A program made the position numbers and the translations under genes. Below the pieces are notes generated by a model. That model saw nothing but the letters and a program-made list of their open reading frames with translations, was not told the DNA's origin and ran no database searches. 64,000 nucleotides of DNA. It comes from Guillardia theta CCMP2712 (taxonomy: Eukaryota > Protista > Cryptophyta). Location of the stretch: assembly GCF_000315625.1 (NCBI RefSeq), contig NW_005434643.1, positions 442-64,441 of the forward strand, in the 5' to 3' direction. Of the stretch, positions 14,134-25,966 are shown one piece after another (position 1 is the stretch's first letter; every line of letters starts with the position of its first letter).

Positions 14134-16281
14134 CTATCTCCACCCTTTGTCTTTACATCCGGAAACTTTGAACGATGTCAGTACCACGTCAATGTCTGCT
14201 TGCCATTCCTACCTGTTGTCGTCCGAGGATCCAACAGATTCGCGTGATAGGTTCTCTTCGTAACGCAGCACATGATGAGCCAGGGGGGACTTGGTTTGAC
14301 TGAATCCATACTCGCTGAAAGGCACTTGACTGTCTGACCTCTCAGACTTGACCGCCTGCAGGAGAGTTAGAGAGCGACTCGGAAGCCCTTCAAACGGATT
14401 GCCTTGAGGCGCTCTAATTCTTCACGGGCCTTCCCTAGCTCCTCAGTCAGCCTGTATGCCATTTAAGGATAGAAAACGCTCATGAAAGGAGCGCTTTGCC
14501 TGTCTTTCTCAGCACTTACAGTTGCCTCCCTGATCTGACCAGACTGTGAGTAGGAGGATGAGCATGCAGACGATGTGAGTCACCTGTGCCCTCCTGAAGA
14601 GGGTCTCCAACTCTGAGGTGCGGGAGTCTTCCTCCTCCCCTCCCCTTCGTAGATCGTCCCTCCCCGCCGCGTCCTGAAGCGCCTGTCTCGGACATCATAA
14701 ACCCGCTTACCTACACAAAGATAGGCAATCACCAAGAAAACCCACCTTTGTCATATGCTTAATCTGGGCCTTTCTGCGGTCCAGTGATTCCTTCGCAGCT
14801 GATATGAAATATTAAGACATGTTCTCCTCTTCCTTTAGAAGTGGTACGATTACCTGTCAACAAGTCTTCCAGGGAGGCTTCTCTTGCTTTCAGGGCCGAA
14901 ACCTGAGTGCGATGAATGATCAAAATGCAACAGAGAGGTGGAAAATCTGTTATACCTTGTTCAAGATTGATCTGAGAAGATTGGCACACTCTGTATTGCC
15001 ACTCTGCACATAATTGCTCGTTTCCTGAAGTCTCCAGTCAGTCATCCTGGTGCTCCCAAGTTCACCTGTACTAACATTTGAGGTTTGCTTGTTGCTCAGG
15101 ATAGCTTTGATGTTTCTGCACACAGATTGAGTCATGCTCAACATGGAAACTTGAGGTTCAAACCTAAGTTCTGGTACTATCAAATCAAGCTCGTTGTTGT
15201 AAAGTCGTCCCTGATCCTGCCATATAGTGAACCTGAAGAAATCAGAAATGAGTTGATGCCACCCTCATTGCTGACGCCTGATCATGTTTGGGTGGTGGAA
15301 ACGCTGCTGTATCTTGATGTGCTTGTTTCATCTGATAATTCCAAAGGGAGAAATTAGATTCAAGGAGGACTGCGGTTGGCTCTGGTAGTTCTACACAAGG
15401 TACATTCGATCAGTCACCTGAGACGGGTTCTCCCACATGACATCAGCATCAATCCTGTTCATCACTGTCATACAGCAGCTGTTGGATGCCCTTGTCCCTC
15501 ACTCAGCAGATCGCCGGAGATCGATCGCCCTGCCACTCAGGCCTTAGAAGCTCCTTTCCAACAGCCTTTTCAACCCACCTGGAAGGTTCTCCATGTCCTT
15601 GCCTTGCCGACAAGCTCATAGCTCCTCGTCGGATCCTCACTTGAAGAGTCTCTTCTCTGTCAGGACCTGCCGGAGAGAATCAAAACTTGTGCTATCGTCA
15701 GCTGCGCCATCACCAAACAGCACTGAGGTGGTTCGAACGAGCCCAAGGGTGACAAACGAGCCTTCCGGGCCACTCACAAGGGCCCCGACCTTGCGTCAGA
15801 GCATCACGTCTCCTGCAACTCTGCAAGCACGAGAGGGGACCTCTGGAAGTGACATGCCCACGACACTCTGGTCGTCGATGGACACGATCTGGATCACCGT
15901 CAAGGGATGCGTTCAGTGGTTGAAAACCACACCTTATCTCCAATGTTGATTCCTCCATGCATAGCAGCGCTGAGCAAAGATCTTATTGACGCAAGCAACA
16001 AGATTCACCCACCTCCCCCCGGGCTGTATGTCCGCGACATAACAGAGAGTGGTAGGGGTCGTTTGCTCGAGAGCGAGGCCGATCCCTAAAGGAGAGACAT
16101 CATGGCGCCGCCATGGAGGAATGCAAGAGGGGATCTGAACGCCTCACCAGCTCTCTTGGGCAGAAATGAGCTCATTGATAATCCCACGTCTAGAATGGCA
16201 ACAGCCCCGTCACAGCTTATCGGCCCAGATTATGCTGACAGCCGATTCAAGGTCTGTCTGGTTACCTGGAGGGGAGGCCAT
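14134..16281 (-). CDS. N-terminal PDZ domain protein with coiled-coil C-terminus, many short exons
   Basis: Spliced N-terminus MASPPDVGLSMSSFLPKRAGIGLALEQTTPTTLCYVADIQPGGSAAMHGGINIGDKIVSIDDQSVVGMSLPEVGALVSGPEGSFVTLGL matches the PDZ pattern. 3' end approximate. Confidence 0.75.
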
Positions 16282-17175
16282 CGAAGGGAGAGGGGATCTT
16301 GCTGAGAGAATTCGAACTTGGATAGAAAATATCAAACGGGTCCTTCATTGCGTTCTATTCAGACGTGTTGTCCAATTCCAAATTGCTTGTTCTCAATATT
16401 TGAAAATCTAATTTCTCATCAAAGCATTCTTACAACTGAATTTACAAGTAGTAAGCCCTGAAGCTTGATGTCTACACCACGTTATGCTCACTATGCTCTA
16501 GATCCCACCAGAGGATCGAAGATTCGCGCCTAAGTAATTGCTGGATTCCCTGCCTCAATCCCTTCTCATCCGAGCAAAAACTTCATTTGAACTTGTTTCT
16601 CAGCGATACCATGTCTCCTGTGATCTGTCTTTTCGTTCTTTAGTTTGAACATAATGCCAGCAGCATAGCATACTAATCCTACCGCAATCGTACTTATCAT
16701 AATCTTTCTCGTCCTCCTCTCCCTCATGATACATGTTCTCCTCTTGCCATTGCGCCTTACTAGGTCCTTCCTTTTCATGGTGGTGGTGGGGTGTTCAAAC
16801 CCCTTGAGTACCCGTACTTTTGACTATATTTATGGGGGTATATGATCACATGTGGGGGTGAGGGTGATACATCGTTGATCAAGCTTTGTGAGCTTTGTGA
16901 AGGCAATTGGTATGGGGTAGGGTACTTCTCTCCTATACCCCCTCAAGCAATACTTCAAAAGGGGGTACTATCATGAAAATCATCACCCCCACCCCATTCT
17001 TGGAAAGGAAAAAATTGAAAAACCGAGGCCGTCCCCACCAAATTTGAAGGGCAACAACGGGTACAACAGCTAGATGTAGGAAGTACAATCATGGCTGAAC
17101 GAAGCCTGCAGTCCATCTAGTCGTTCAGTGTGGGAAGGGAGAGAGAAGAGCTCTGGCAAGACAAAGATCCTGTGA

Positions 17176-17295
17176 CGAAGAGGAGAGGAGGATCGAAGAG
17201 GGGAGGAGGATCGAAGAGGAGAGGAGGATCGAAGAGGAGAGGAGGATCTGAGAGAGAAGGAGGACAAGCAGGATGTGGAGGACAAGCAGGATGGT
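17176..17295. repeat. 18-bp tandem repeat (CGAAGAGGAGAGGAGGAT x4) followed by two copies of GGAGGACAAGCAGGATG
   Basis: Directly visible. Confidence 0.85.
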
Positions 17296-17491
17296 ATGAA
17301 AGTACGAGGCGAACATCTGAGGGAAAGGATCTCTTAGTACGGTAAGGAAAGAGAGAGGGCGCGAGGAAGGAGGTCTCGAGGTAAAGCAATGGAAGACGAG
17401 GAAAGAAATGATGGCATGAGATGTAGGAGGAAGAGGAACTTTATCGCACGTCCGAATGTCCTTTTCTTACCACTGTGTTGGGCAGAGCAGG

Positions 17492-19839
17492 ATGTACAGG
17501 GAAATCGTTGAGGTCGGCGGCACGGGCAGGAAGAAATGCTGGCAGATCGTTCTCCTCCTTTCCCTGGCTCTGCTTCCTGTCGTGCTGACGAAGACCATCC
17601 CGACTCTGCGAGCAGCTCACGAGGGCGCCAAGACGAGCAAGGAGGTAGGGGCAAGGAGGAAACTCAGTTTCCATGAGGAGATGATTGCCGGGGCCCTGGC
17701 TCGCGCTGCTGCTCAGTGCGTCATGTACCCGGCCGATGTGCTCAAGACCCTGGCTCAGACTCGGCGCTCTGGGGGCTCTCCTCCGACTCTGGGGAGCATA
17801 ACCAAGGTTCTGCTCATCGGCGGTCACCGGAAATGACCTTGCCGCCTGCACGTTGTGCTGGACCTTCGTTCCTACTGCATCTATGTGCTCTGTGCTGTGT
17901 GCTGTGTGCTCTGTGCTGTGTGCTCTGTGCTGTGTATACTCTCCAGCTTCCTCCAGCTTCCAGTGGCTTCCTCCTCTTCCCTCTCCTCCTCCATCAACCC
18001 CTTGAACTTTCCTGAACTCTCTCGAGCTATCTTTCATGACAAGGAAGGCAGGCTCAACTGCTCAAGGGCTCACTGACTACCTCTGTCTTGGCTCTGCCTG
18101 CTGGTGCGATCCAGTTCAGCGTGTTCAGATTGCTCAAGGACGAGGGACGTGAGGTAGGAGGAGGATCGGAGAATGACGCAGGGGAGGGGATGGAGGAGGG
18201 GAGGGGAGAAGAAGAGGGAGTGAGGTGAAGGGGAGCGGCCGAAGGGAGGGAGAGGAGAGGGAGAGGAGAGGGAGAAGGGTTGGGGTGAGCAGAGAAACGG
18301 GACAGAGAGGGAAGCAGAGGAGAGGGAGGGAGGTGTAGGGAAACGAGAGCGTGTTTCGCACATTTTCTCTGTATGGTCGACCATCTCACTTTCCAGCACT
18401 TCAGTTGGCGCCCCCTTGGATCAGCACGGCGAGCATCGAGCTCATGGCAGCGGCAGTGGCGGCGGTGGCAGCGTGTGTGGTGCAGGTGAAGAGAAGGGGG
18501 GGGAGGAGTAGGAGCAGGAAGAGACGTTAGGAGGAGGGGCAGAAACAGGAGGAGGAGCAGGAGGAGACGTAGGAGGAGGAGCAGAAACAGAAGGAGGAGG
18601 AGGAGGAGGAGGAGGAGCAGACGCAGGAGGGGGAGACGAGAACGAAGGAAGAAGGGAGCAAGCGGAGAGGTAGTGGGAGCGATGTGGAGGTCTCATGTTT
18701 TCTACAGACCCCTCAAGAAGTTATCAAACAGAGGATGCAGGCAGGAATTTATCCTTCCTTCATGCAGGTGAGCGATGCATGTCAGTGTGATGAGAGGAAT
18801 GGAGGGGAGAGGAGATGAAAGAGAACAGCGGAGGGAAGAGATGGGGAGGAAGAGGAGAGGACAAGGAGAAATCGAGGCAGAAATTGAGAGGACGGAGATT
18901 GGGAGACGAGAGGGAGAAGAGGAAGAGGAGAGAAAAAAAGAGGAGAGGTACAGGAGAGAAAGAGGAAAGGCAGAGAAAGAAGGGGAGAGGGAGAGAGGGA
19001 GAGAGAAGGGTGTGGGAGGAAGGGGGGGGGGAGGAGAGCTGAAGGAGACAGTAGAGAGTCGTGGCACAAGGATCTGAGTCACATTGAAAAGCTTGTGGGT
19101 CATGATAGTTGTGATGTCAGGGAGTTGCCTCGTTGCTGAGAAGTGAAGGCCTGCGAGGATTCTACACAGGTCAGCTCATCCTTTCATGTTGCTGTATTTG
19201 AAGCGTCCACTCTCTTCCTCCTCCTCCTCCCCTCCCTCCACTTCCTTGCACCTTCTTCTTCTTCTTCTTCTTCGTCTTCTCCGTCTTCTTCTTCTTCGTC
19301 TTCTTCGTCTTCTTCTTCTTCGTCTTCTTCCTTTCTTCTTCTTCTTCTTCTTCTTCGTCTTCCTCTTTTTGTCTCCTCCTCCTCCTCCTCCTCCTCCATC
19401 ACCACCACCACCACCTTCGTCTTCTTGTTCTCCTTCGTCTTTTTGTTCTTCGTCTTCTTTATCTCCGTCTCCTGTTCTCTCTCATTCTCTCCCTCCCTCT
19501 CTCTCTCCTTGATCTATGACCATCCATTTGACCCCACCTTTTCTTACCCTCCTCTCCTCCTCTCCTCCTCTCCTCCTCTCCTCCTCTCCTCCTCTCCTCC
19601 TCTCCTCCTCTCCTCCTCTCCTCCTCTCCTCCCGATTTCTTCCCCCAGGATTTCTCCCAACGGTCGCAAGGAACACTCCGACCGTCTGCATCTCCTTCAC
19701 GGGCTTCGCTCGCCTCAAGGTCAGCAGACCGCAAGCACGACCCCAGCTGAGAGCCGGCAGGTCTTTTTCGACCAGCTGCTTGACAGGAAGCCTACGGCGA
19801 CTGAGAACCTGGTGAGACAAAGTCGCTGGACAGTCTTAT

Positions 19840-19882
<43 letters not shown>

Positions 19883-20567
19883 CGCCTGTCCTTCTCTTCC
19901 TCCTCTCACTTGTCGTCCTCTTCTCTCTTCCTCTTCTTCCTTCCACGTTTCCAGCTCTTCGCTTTCCTGCTGCTGCGCCTGCTGCTGCTGCTGCTGCTCC
20001 CCCTCCCCCCTCAATTCTTCCCGTTGCTTCTCAGGTCCTCGGCGGCGTCGCTGCCACAATAGCAACCCTGCTCACACAGGTACAACGTTACAGCAAGACG
20101 ACCTTGCCGTGCTGCCTCTTTATACCCTCATTCCATCTCCTCCTCCTTCTCCTTCTCCTCCTCCTCCTCCTCCTCCNNNNNNNNNNNNNNNNNNNNNNNN
20201 NNNNNNNNNNNNNNNNNNNNNNNNNNNNNNNNNNNNNNNNNNNNNNNNNNNNNNNNNNNNNNNNNNNNNNNNNNNNCCCATGTGCAGACACGTCGAGGAG
20301 GAATAGGTCCGATCTGTCGGTAAATGTCTTGAGAAACTTACCAAAAAACGATGCGGATGGGCCCACAGAATGTAAAGAGCGGCAGCGGCAGGTCAAAGGT
20401 CCTCATAGCTCGTGATGTAAGCCGTACACATTGCCGGAGCGCAGACGGTGAGGTTTATTCGATCTTCTACTCTTTCGCAAAGTCCATCACCACGTCAGTC
20501 TCTAAGGCAAGAGTCCGGTCGTTGGTGACGGGCGGGAGGCATTATTATCACTGGAGAAGGTTGAGGG

Positions 20568-20598
<31 letters not shown>

Positions 20599-20644
20599 AC
20601 AAAGAGCAGGAGCACAACGAGGGGGAGGAGGGAGGTGGAGATGA
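17492..20644 (+). CDS. Mitochondrial carrier family (SLC25) protein, SAM-carrier-like, with N-terminal hydrophobic extension; interrupted by a gap
   Basis: Carrier signatures MIAGALARAAAQCVMYPADVLKTLAQ and TPQEVIKQRMQAG; also EGLRGFY, GFLPTVARNTP and VLGGVAATIATLLTQ. The N gap at 20177-20276 hides sequence. Both ends uncertain. Confidence 0.8.
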
Positions 20645-20824
20645 AATTACAGGGGTAGAAGGGAGGAAAGGGAGGGGAGAGAGGAGGGTTTGCGATCCCT
20701 TCTGTTTCAATTGGAGGATACCATATGTTGCTTGTCATGTAAATATTGACCATGTATGATTCTCGCACAAGAAATGTTTCATTTATTCACAGGAAAGAAT
20801 AAAAGTTCTGTTCTATCATGCATG

Positions 20825-22312
20825 TCACCAGAGGTTGCATTCGCTGTCATGGCTGTTGTACATCTGCCAGTGATGTCAAGATTGTTACATGTCGTGCTCG
20901 CACATACCTTGCTCCCTGCATGACATCGGTACGTCTGGGCAAAGGGTGCAAACTGATACGATGAGATCACAAGGGAGATCAGATGTAGGACAAGGAGCAG
21001 AAGGAAGGGAGGGAGTAGGATAGGCGAAGGAGAAGAGAAATGGAGGGAGGGGGAGGGGGAGGGGGAGGAAGGAGAGTGGAGGGGAGGAAGTGGTGGAGAG
21101 GGGGAGGAAGAGGATGCNNNNNNNNNNNNNNNNNNNNNNNNNNNNNNNNNNNNNNNNNNNNNNNNNNNNNNNNNNNNNNNNNNNNNNNNNNNNNNNNNNN
21201 NNNNNNNNNNNNNNNNNTATGAAATAAGTTAAGAGAAAGGTTTGTGATCCATGAAGCTAAAGAATGTCTTTAAGGGCTCAGGCTCATCGCTTCCCTCGTC
21301 ACGTCTCTCCTCCTCCTCCTCCTCCTCCTCCTCCTCCTCCTCCTCCTCCTCCTCCTCCTCCTCCTGCCCCTGCTCCTGCTCCTCCTCTTCCCTCCTCTTC
21401 CTTCGGCTTTCCCTCTTCCTCCTCTCCCGCCTTATCCTCCTGTGATGCTGCCGCACCTCAACATGCCTGCCTGCAGGGAGAGCGGCTCTCATGGCCAAGT
21501 AAGCAAGATGCAACCCTCCTCTGCGCAGCAGATCGGTCAGAAGACACAGCAGCATTAAGTAGCGCGTCAGGAAGAGGAGGAAGAGAAGGACGAGGTGAAG
21601 GAGGAGGCAGGAGGAGGCAGGAGCAGGTAGCCTGGGAGGTGGTAAGAGGAGGAAGGAGGTGGTGTTTGGAGGAGGAGGATACCGATCAGCGATGTCCTCT
21701 TCCAGTGTCTGGTTGCTGTGGACATGCCTGAAGGACCATGATGGGTCAGATTTGCAGCAGGTGACAGAGAGGAGGAGAAGAGAGTGACTTGTAAGGATTA
21801 AACGAGATCCGAGCATCCTCTTCCTCGTCCTCGTCCTCCTCCTCCTCCTCCTCATCGTCACATCATCACCATCATCATTACATCATCATCATCATCATCT
21901 CCATCCCCATCATCATCATCTTTATATCATCAGCGCAGAAAACCAACCTTCCAGCACTCGTGTACGTGTGATAGTATCTCCCTATGCAATCTGCTCTCTT
22001 CTTGTAGCTCCTGATCGTCGAGTTGTCCCACCTGTTCGCCCCATCGACGTCAGATTTCACCACGTGACATCATCAGCCCCCAGCTGTTTCCCACCAGCTT
22101 CTCAGCTCGAAGTTGGGGCCGAAAAGTCTCCCGACGTTGTCGAACCCGTGGGACATTTCATGCCCCACAAGACCCCCTGCACCATCGCTCACTGACCTAA
22201 CACGTCCTCTCTCGCCCTCCTCGCCCTCCTCGTCCTCTTCCCTCGTCCTCGTCCTCGTCCTCGTCCTCCTCCCTCGTCCTCGTCCTCGTCCTCCTCCCTC
22301 GTCCTCGTCCTT

Positions 22313-22354
<42 letters not shown>

Positions 22355-25311
22355 CTCCCTCGTCCTCGTCCTCGTCCTCCTCCCTCGTCCTCGTCCTCGT
22401 CCTCGTCCTCCCCTGGCCTAATTTCCTCTTGTTTCCATGTCCAGCCCCTCCTCCCTTCCTCCTCATTTGCCATCCCCCCTGCTCCTCTTTCTTTCTCTTT
22501 CACTTTCTCGTCCTCGTCCTCCGTCTCACCAAGGGATCCCAAATCGTAGGGAGAGAAGGGAGAACTCGCGTGTCCCCCAGCAGCGATGAAGGGAAACTGG
22601 CGGGAGGGAGTTGAGAAGGGAGAGAGTTCGCAAGGGCTGACCTGAAGGAGGGCAGAGGGGACGAAGAGCGAGTTGGTGTGGATGTTGTAGAAGGCGTTGA
22701 CGGACATCGGGCCGAGGTCTGAGAACAGGAGGTTAGTGAACAGGTGAGAAGAGGAGGAGAGGAGAGGAGAGGAGAGGAGAGGAGAGGAGAGGAGAGGAGA
22801 GGAGAGGAGAGGAGAGGAGAGGAAGAGAGGAGAGGAGAGGAGAGGAGAGGAGAGGAAAGGGGAGGGGAGGGGAGGAGAGGAGAGGCGAGAAGAGGCGAGG
22901 AGAGGAGGTTGAGAATGAGAGAAAAGCAGAGTGCTCTCCAATCACTGCCTCCACGTCTCACCAGTCCCCCAGTCTCTCCTCCCCTTGACAGTAGCGAGCT
23001 TCGTGATCTGTCAGGACGAGGACGCGTCTCAGAGCGGGAGAGGGTCAACGCGCCTTCGGGGCTGACCGCACCTGGTCGGTGACGACTTTCTTGGCTATGT
23101 TGACAGAGTTCTGAAACCACCTCTGATGATGTACGACGAAGCCAAGGGGTTCAACGTTCCGAGGTCCTCCTACCTGCAGATGTCCTGAGGAGGAGAGGAG
23201 GGAGGCAGGGAGGGAGGGTAGAGGGAAGTAGCGAGGAGGGAGAGAGGGAGGGAGGAGAGAGAGAGGCAAGGGAAAGGAAAGGAAGGGGAGGTATGCTGAT
23301 GCTGATGCTGATGCTGATGCTGATGCTGATGCTGATCGAGGTTTCGATTCTTTTTTCTCACCTCCACGTCCATGTCCGCCAACTTGACCAGAGCGACTCG
23401 CTTGCTGCTCTCCGACATCCACGAGGATCGTCGGATGACCTGTGAAACCACCGCCAGGGGGTCAACAAGGAAAGCACACCGAGGCCCTGAAGAAAACAGC
23501 GGTGAAGCAGTTGAGAGGTTGAAGGGGAGGAGAGCGAGCGAGGGGGATTGAACCGAAGAGAGCAAGATCGAAGTGGGGTGAAGGAGAGGAGGAGGAGGAG
23601 GAGGAGGAGGGGCAGAAGGAATGGGGGATGGGAGTGGTTGCGGTGATGGGAGGCATCAACTTCCAAGCAGCTGTCCATTGCTACCTTTGCGAACTCCTGC
23701 TTCAGCTTGCCGATCATCCTCTCCGCTCTCGCTGCCACGTCATCACGACCAGCATGCTGCTGGTAAGTTTGCCCGATGACGTCCGGCACGAACAAGTTCA
23801 AGGTATGGAGGCAAATGCGCCACCTCGGTGGATCAGCTTTGACGCCATACAATCGCTTCCGAAACTCAAGGTCTGCAACCTGAGCCAGGACTAAATCCAA
23901 GCAGGCAAACCACTCCTTCCTCCCCTCCTGCTCCCTACCTCCTCCCTGTGCTCTACTCCCCCCCCCCGGGGGCTTCCCCCGCTTCCCCCCCTCCCATTCT
24001 ATCATTTCCCTCCGTTCCCCCCTCTTCCTGTTTCCTTCACTTCTCCCTCCCCTTCCACTCCTTCCCTCCCGCCACTCCCTCGCTCCTCCTCCTCGTCTTC
24101 TGTGCGAAAGTTTCTTGCCCACACCTGAAACGGATGTCCGAGATGCCCGACGAGGTTGTCTAGCAGCTTCCACTTAAGGTACCACCGCCAGTAAGTCTTG
24201 TCTTTCCGTCCTATCAGCCCGCACAGCCGTTGAAAGAAAGGAACATCCACTACCCTCACCATCTGCCGGCTGGTCAACACCACCCGTTCCCGCTAGAGTC
24301 TCCTTCTTACCTTGTCGTCTGACTGCAGCAGATGCTTGTCGACCCCGAGCAGTTCGAAGAAGAGGGACCAATCGAGCCCATGCTTCACTTGCATGCCCTT
24401 CACCACCTGCTTGAAGGAGAGTGGGGGGAGAGAGTTTGCTGTTCGCTCGTCAGCGTGCGACAAGAACATCCTTGCCAGCTCGGTCTCAACGTCCAGGATG
24501 CTCGCTGCTGCCTCGCTGCTCTCTTGCTGCGAGTAGCCGAGGAGCAGGAACACCTGACGAGCGAAGGTCCTCAGAGCCGATCGCTTGCCCGCGTTCCACT
24601 CGAGTAGGTAGAAGTTGTGGTCGGCGAGCGTCAGCCCCCCTGCTGCATGTACATCACCCTCTTCAGCGAGTCCACGTCTGCCCCAACGTCCCAGAAGAAG
24701 AAAGCTTTCGAGTTCAGCCGGTGAATCATGGCAACCACCTCCACCAACGGTCGATCGCCCTGCTGGGCCAGGGCTGCGTCAACCCTCGTAAGATATGGCA
24801 GGACTGGCCGGATCCCCTGAGCATCGATGGACTCAGTATCCAGACATGATCGGAAGAGCTTCCCGGCATCGCCTCCTCCATGTCCCATCATCAGAGAGCG
24901 CATCATCTGCGCGTCTCGTTCCTTGACGCCATCGAAGGTGTAGTACCATTGATCGTGATCGCTTGGAAGCTCTTTCTTCAGGAAACCTCCACAAGCATAC
25001 TGGTAGAAGTCCTCACATGGAGATGTGCTTGTATCCATGAGTTTCGATCGATCCTCCTGGCCTGTCATCTCCTTCCCCGCCAACTTCTGGCCTCTCCTCC
25101 ACCCCAGAGGATTCCACCCCGACCATCCCAAGGTAGGGATCAGAACAGCGATCCCAACCAGGAAGAGACAAGAGAGACACAGGAGCATGCGTCGACTTTG
25201 TCCTCGCCTCTTCCTCCTAATCCCTCCATCCACCATCGCTCCCTCCTCCTCCTCCTCCTCCCCCACCCTCCCTCCCTTTCCGCTGTCTAGCAGCGGGTCG
25301 CTCTCCCTCAT
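20825..25311 (-). CDS. M13 family zinc metallopeptidase (neprilysin/endothelin-converting-enzyme-like), type II membrane protein
   Basis: N-terminal TM segment; SPCEDFYQYACGGF; VNAFY; GHEMSHGFD (HExxH); TLEEDIAD (variant of ENIAD); C-terminal FAQTYRCHAGSK|MYNSHDSECNLW*. Confidence 0.92.
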
Positions 25312-25966
25312 TGTCGGGCGGAGCCACAACCACCCCTACCCTCCTGAATCCCTTCCATCTACCCCCTCATACACAGCATTTCATAAATTATGATATTTCG
25401 GGTTGATATCGTATAAACATTGATAAATTATATATAATTTTGTATATTTCTGTATATTAGAGCAGATCGAACGTTTGAAAATGGAGGAAGCCGGGGATGG
25501 GTAGCGCAAGGAGGAGGAGAGAGAGAGGAGGAGGAGAGCGAGGAGGATGGACACAAAGAGGACAGGAAAGTAGAGAGGACATGAAACATACAGGCAAGAG
25601 CCTTGTAGATTCCAGAGGCTGCTAGCATGTCCAGATTTTTGAAATATCGCGACTCGGAGAAGGTTGATGCAGAAAAATGTTGCGATGCAGGACAGCAGAA
25701 CATGTTAAGGAGTGATGAAGTAAAGAAAGTGATTTTGAATAGTATGACAGAAAACTAGCATGGGATATATCACCACATGGGCTGGCACAGAAGTGAGAAC
25801 TAGTGCAATGAATAGGAAAAAGCAAAGCAAATTCACTCTCAGACGAAGGGAAACGAAGTTGGAGATGTTGTTTCTGCTCACAATCTGATTTTTTTCCGTT
25901 TTTGCAGTCTCTCAGATGATCCTTGCCATGCACGCGGCATCCTTGTCCTAGAATCATCTCTGCGAA

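Noticed and set aside
16566-16778. Small minus-strand ORF with one hydrophobic segment
   Set aside because: Short, with no recognisable homology. It could be a real microprotein, but the sequence alone does not support it.
17176-17295. Regular repeats as a CRISPR-like array
   Set aside because: Head-to-tail tandem copies without unique spacers, in a eukaryotic context.
19143-20306. 387-aa S/L/P-rich ORF and similar low-complexity ORFs throughout
   Set aside because: Translations of intronic CT/GA microsatellites.
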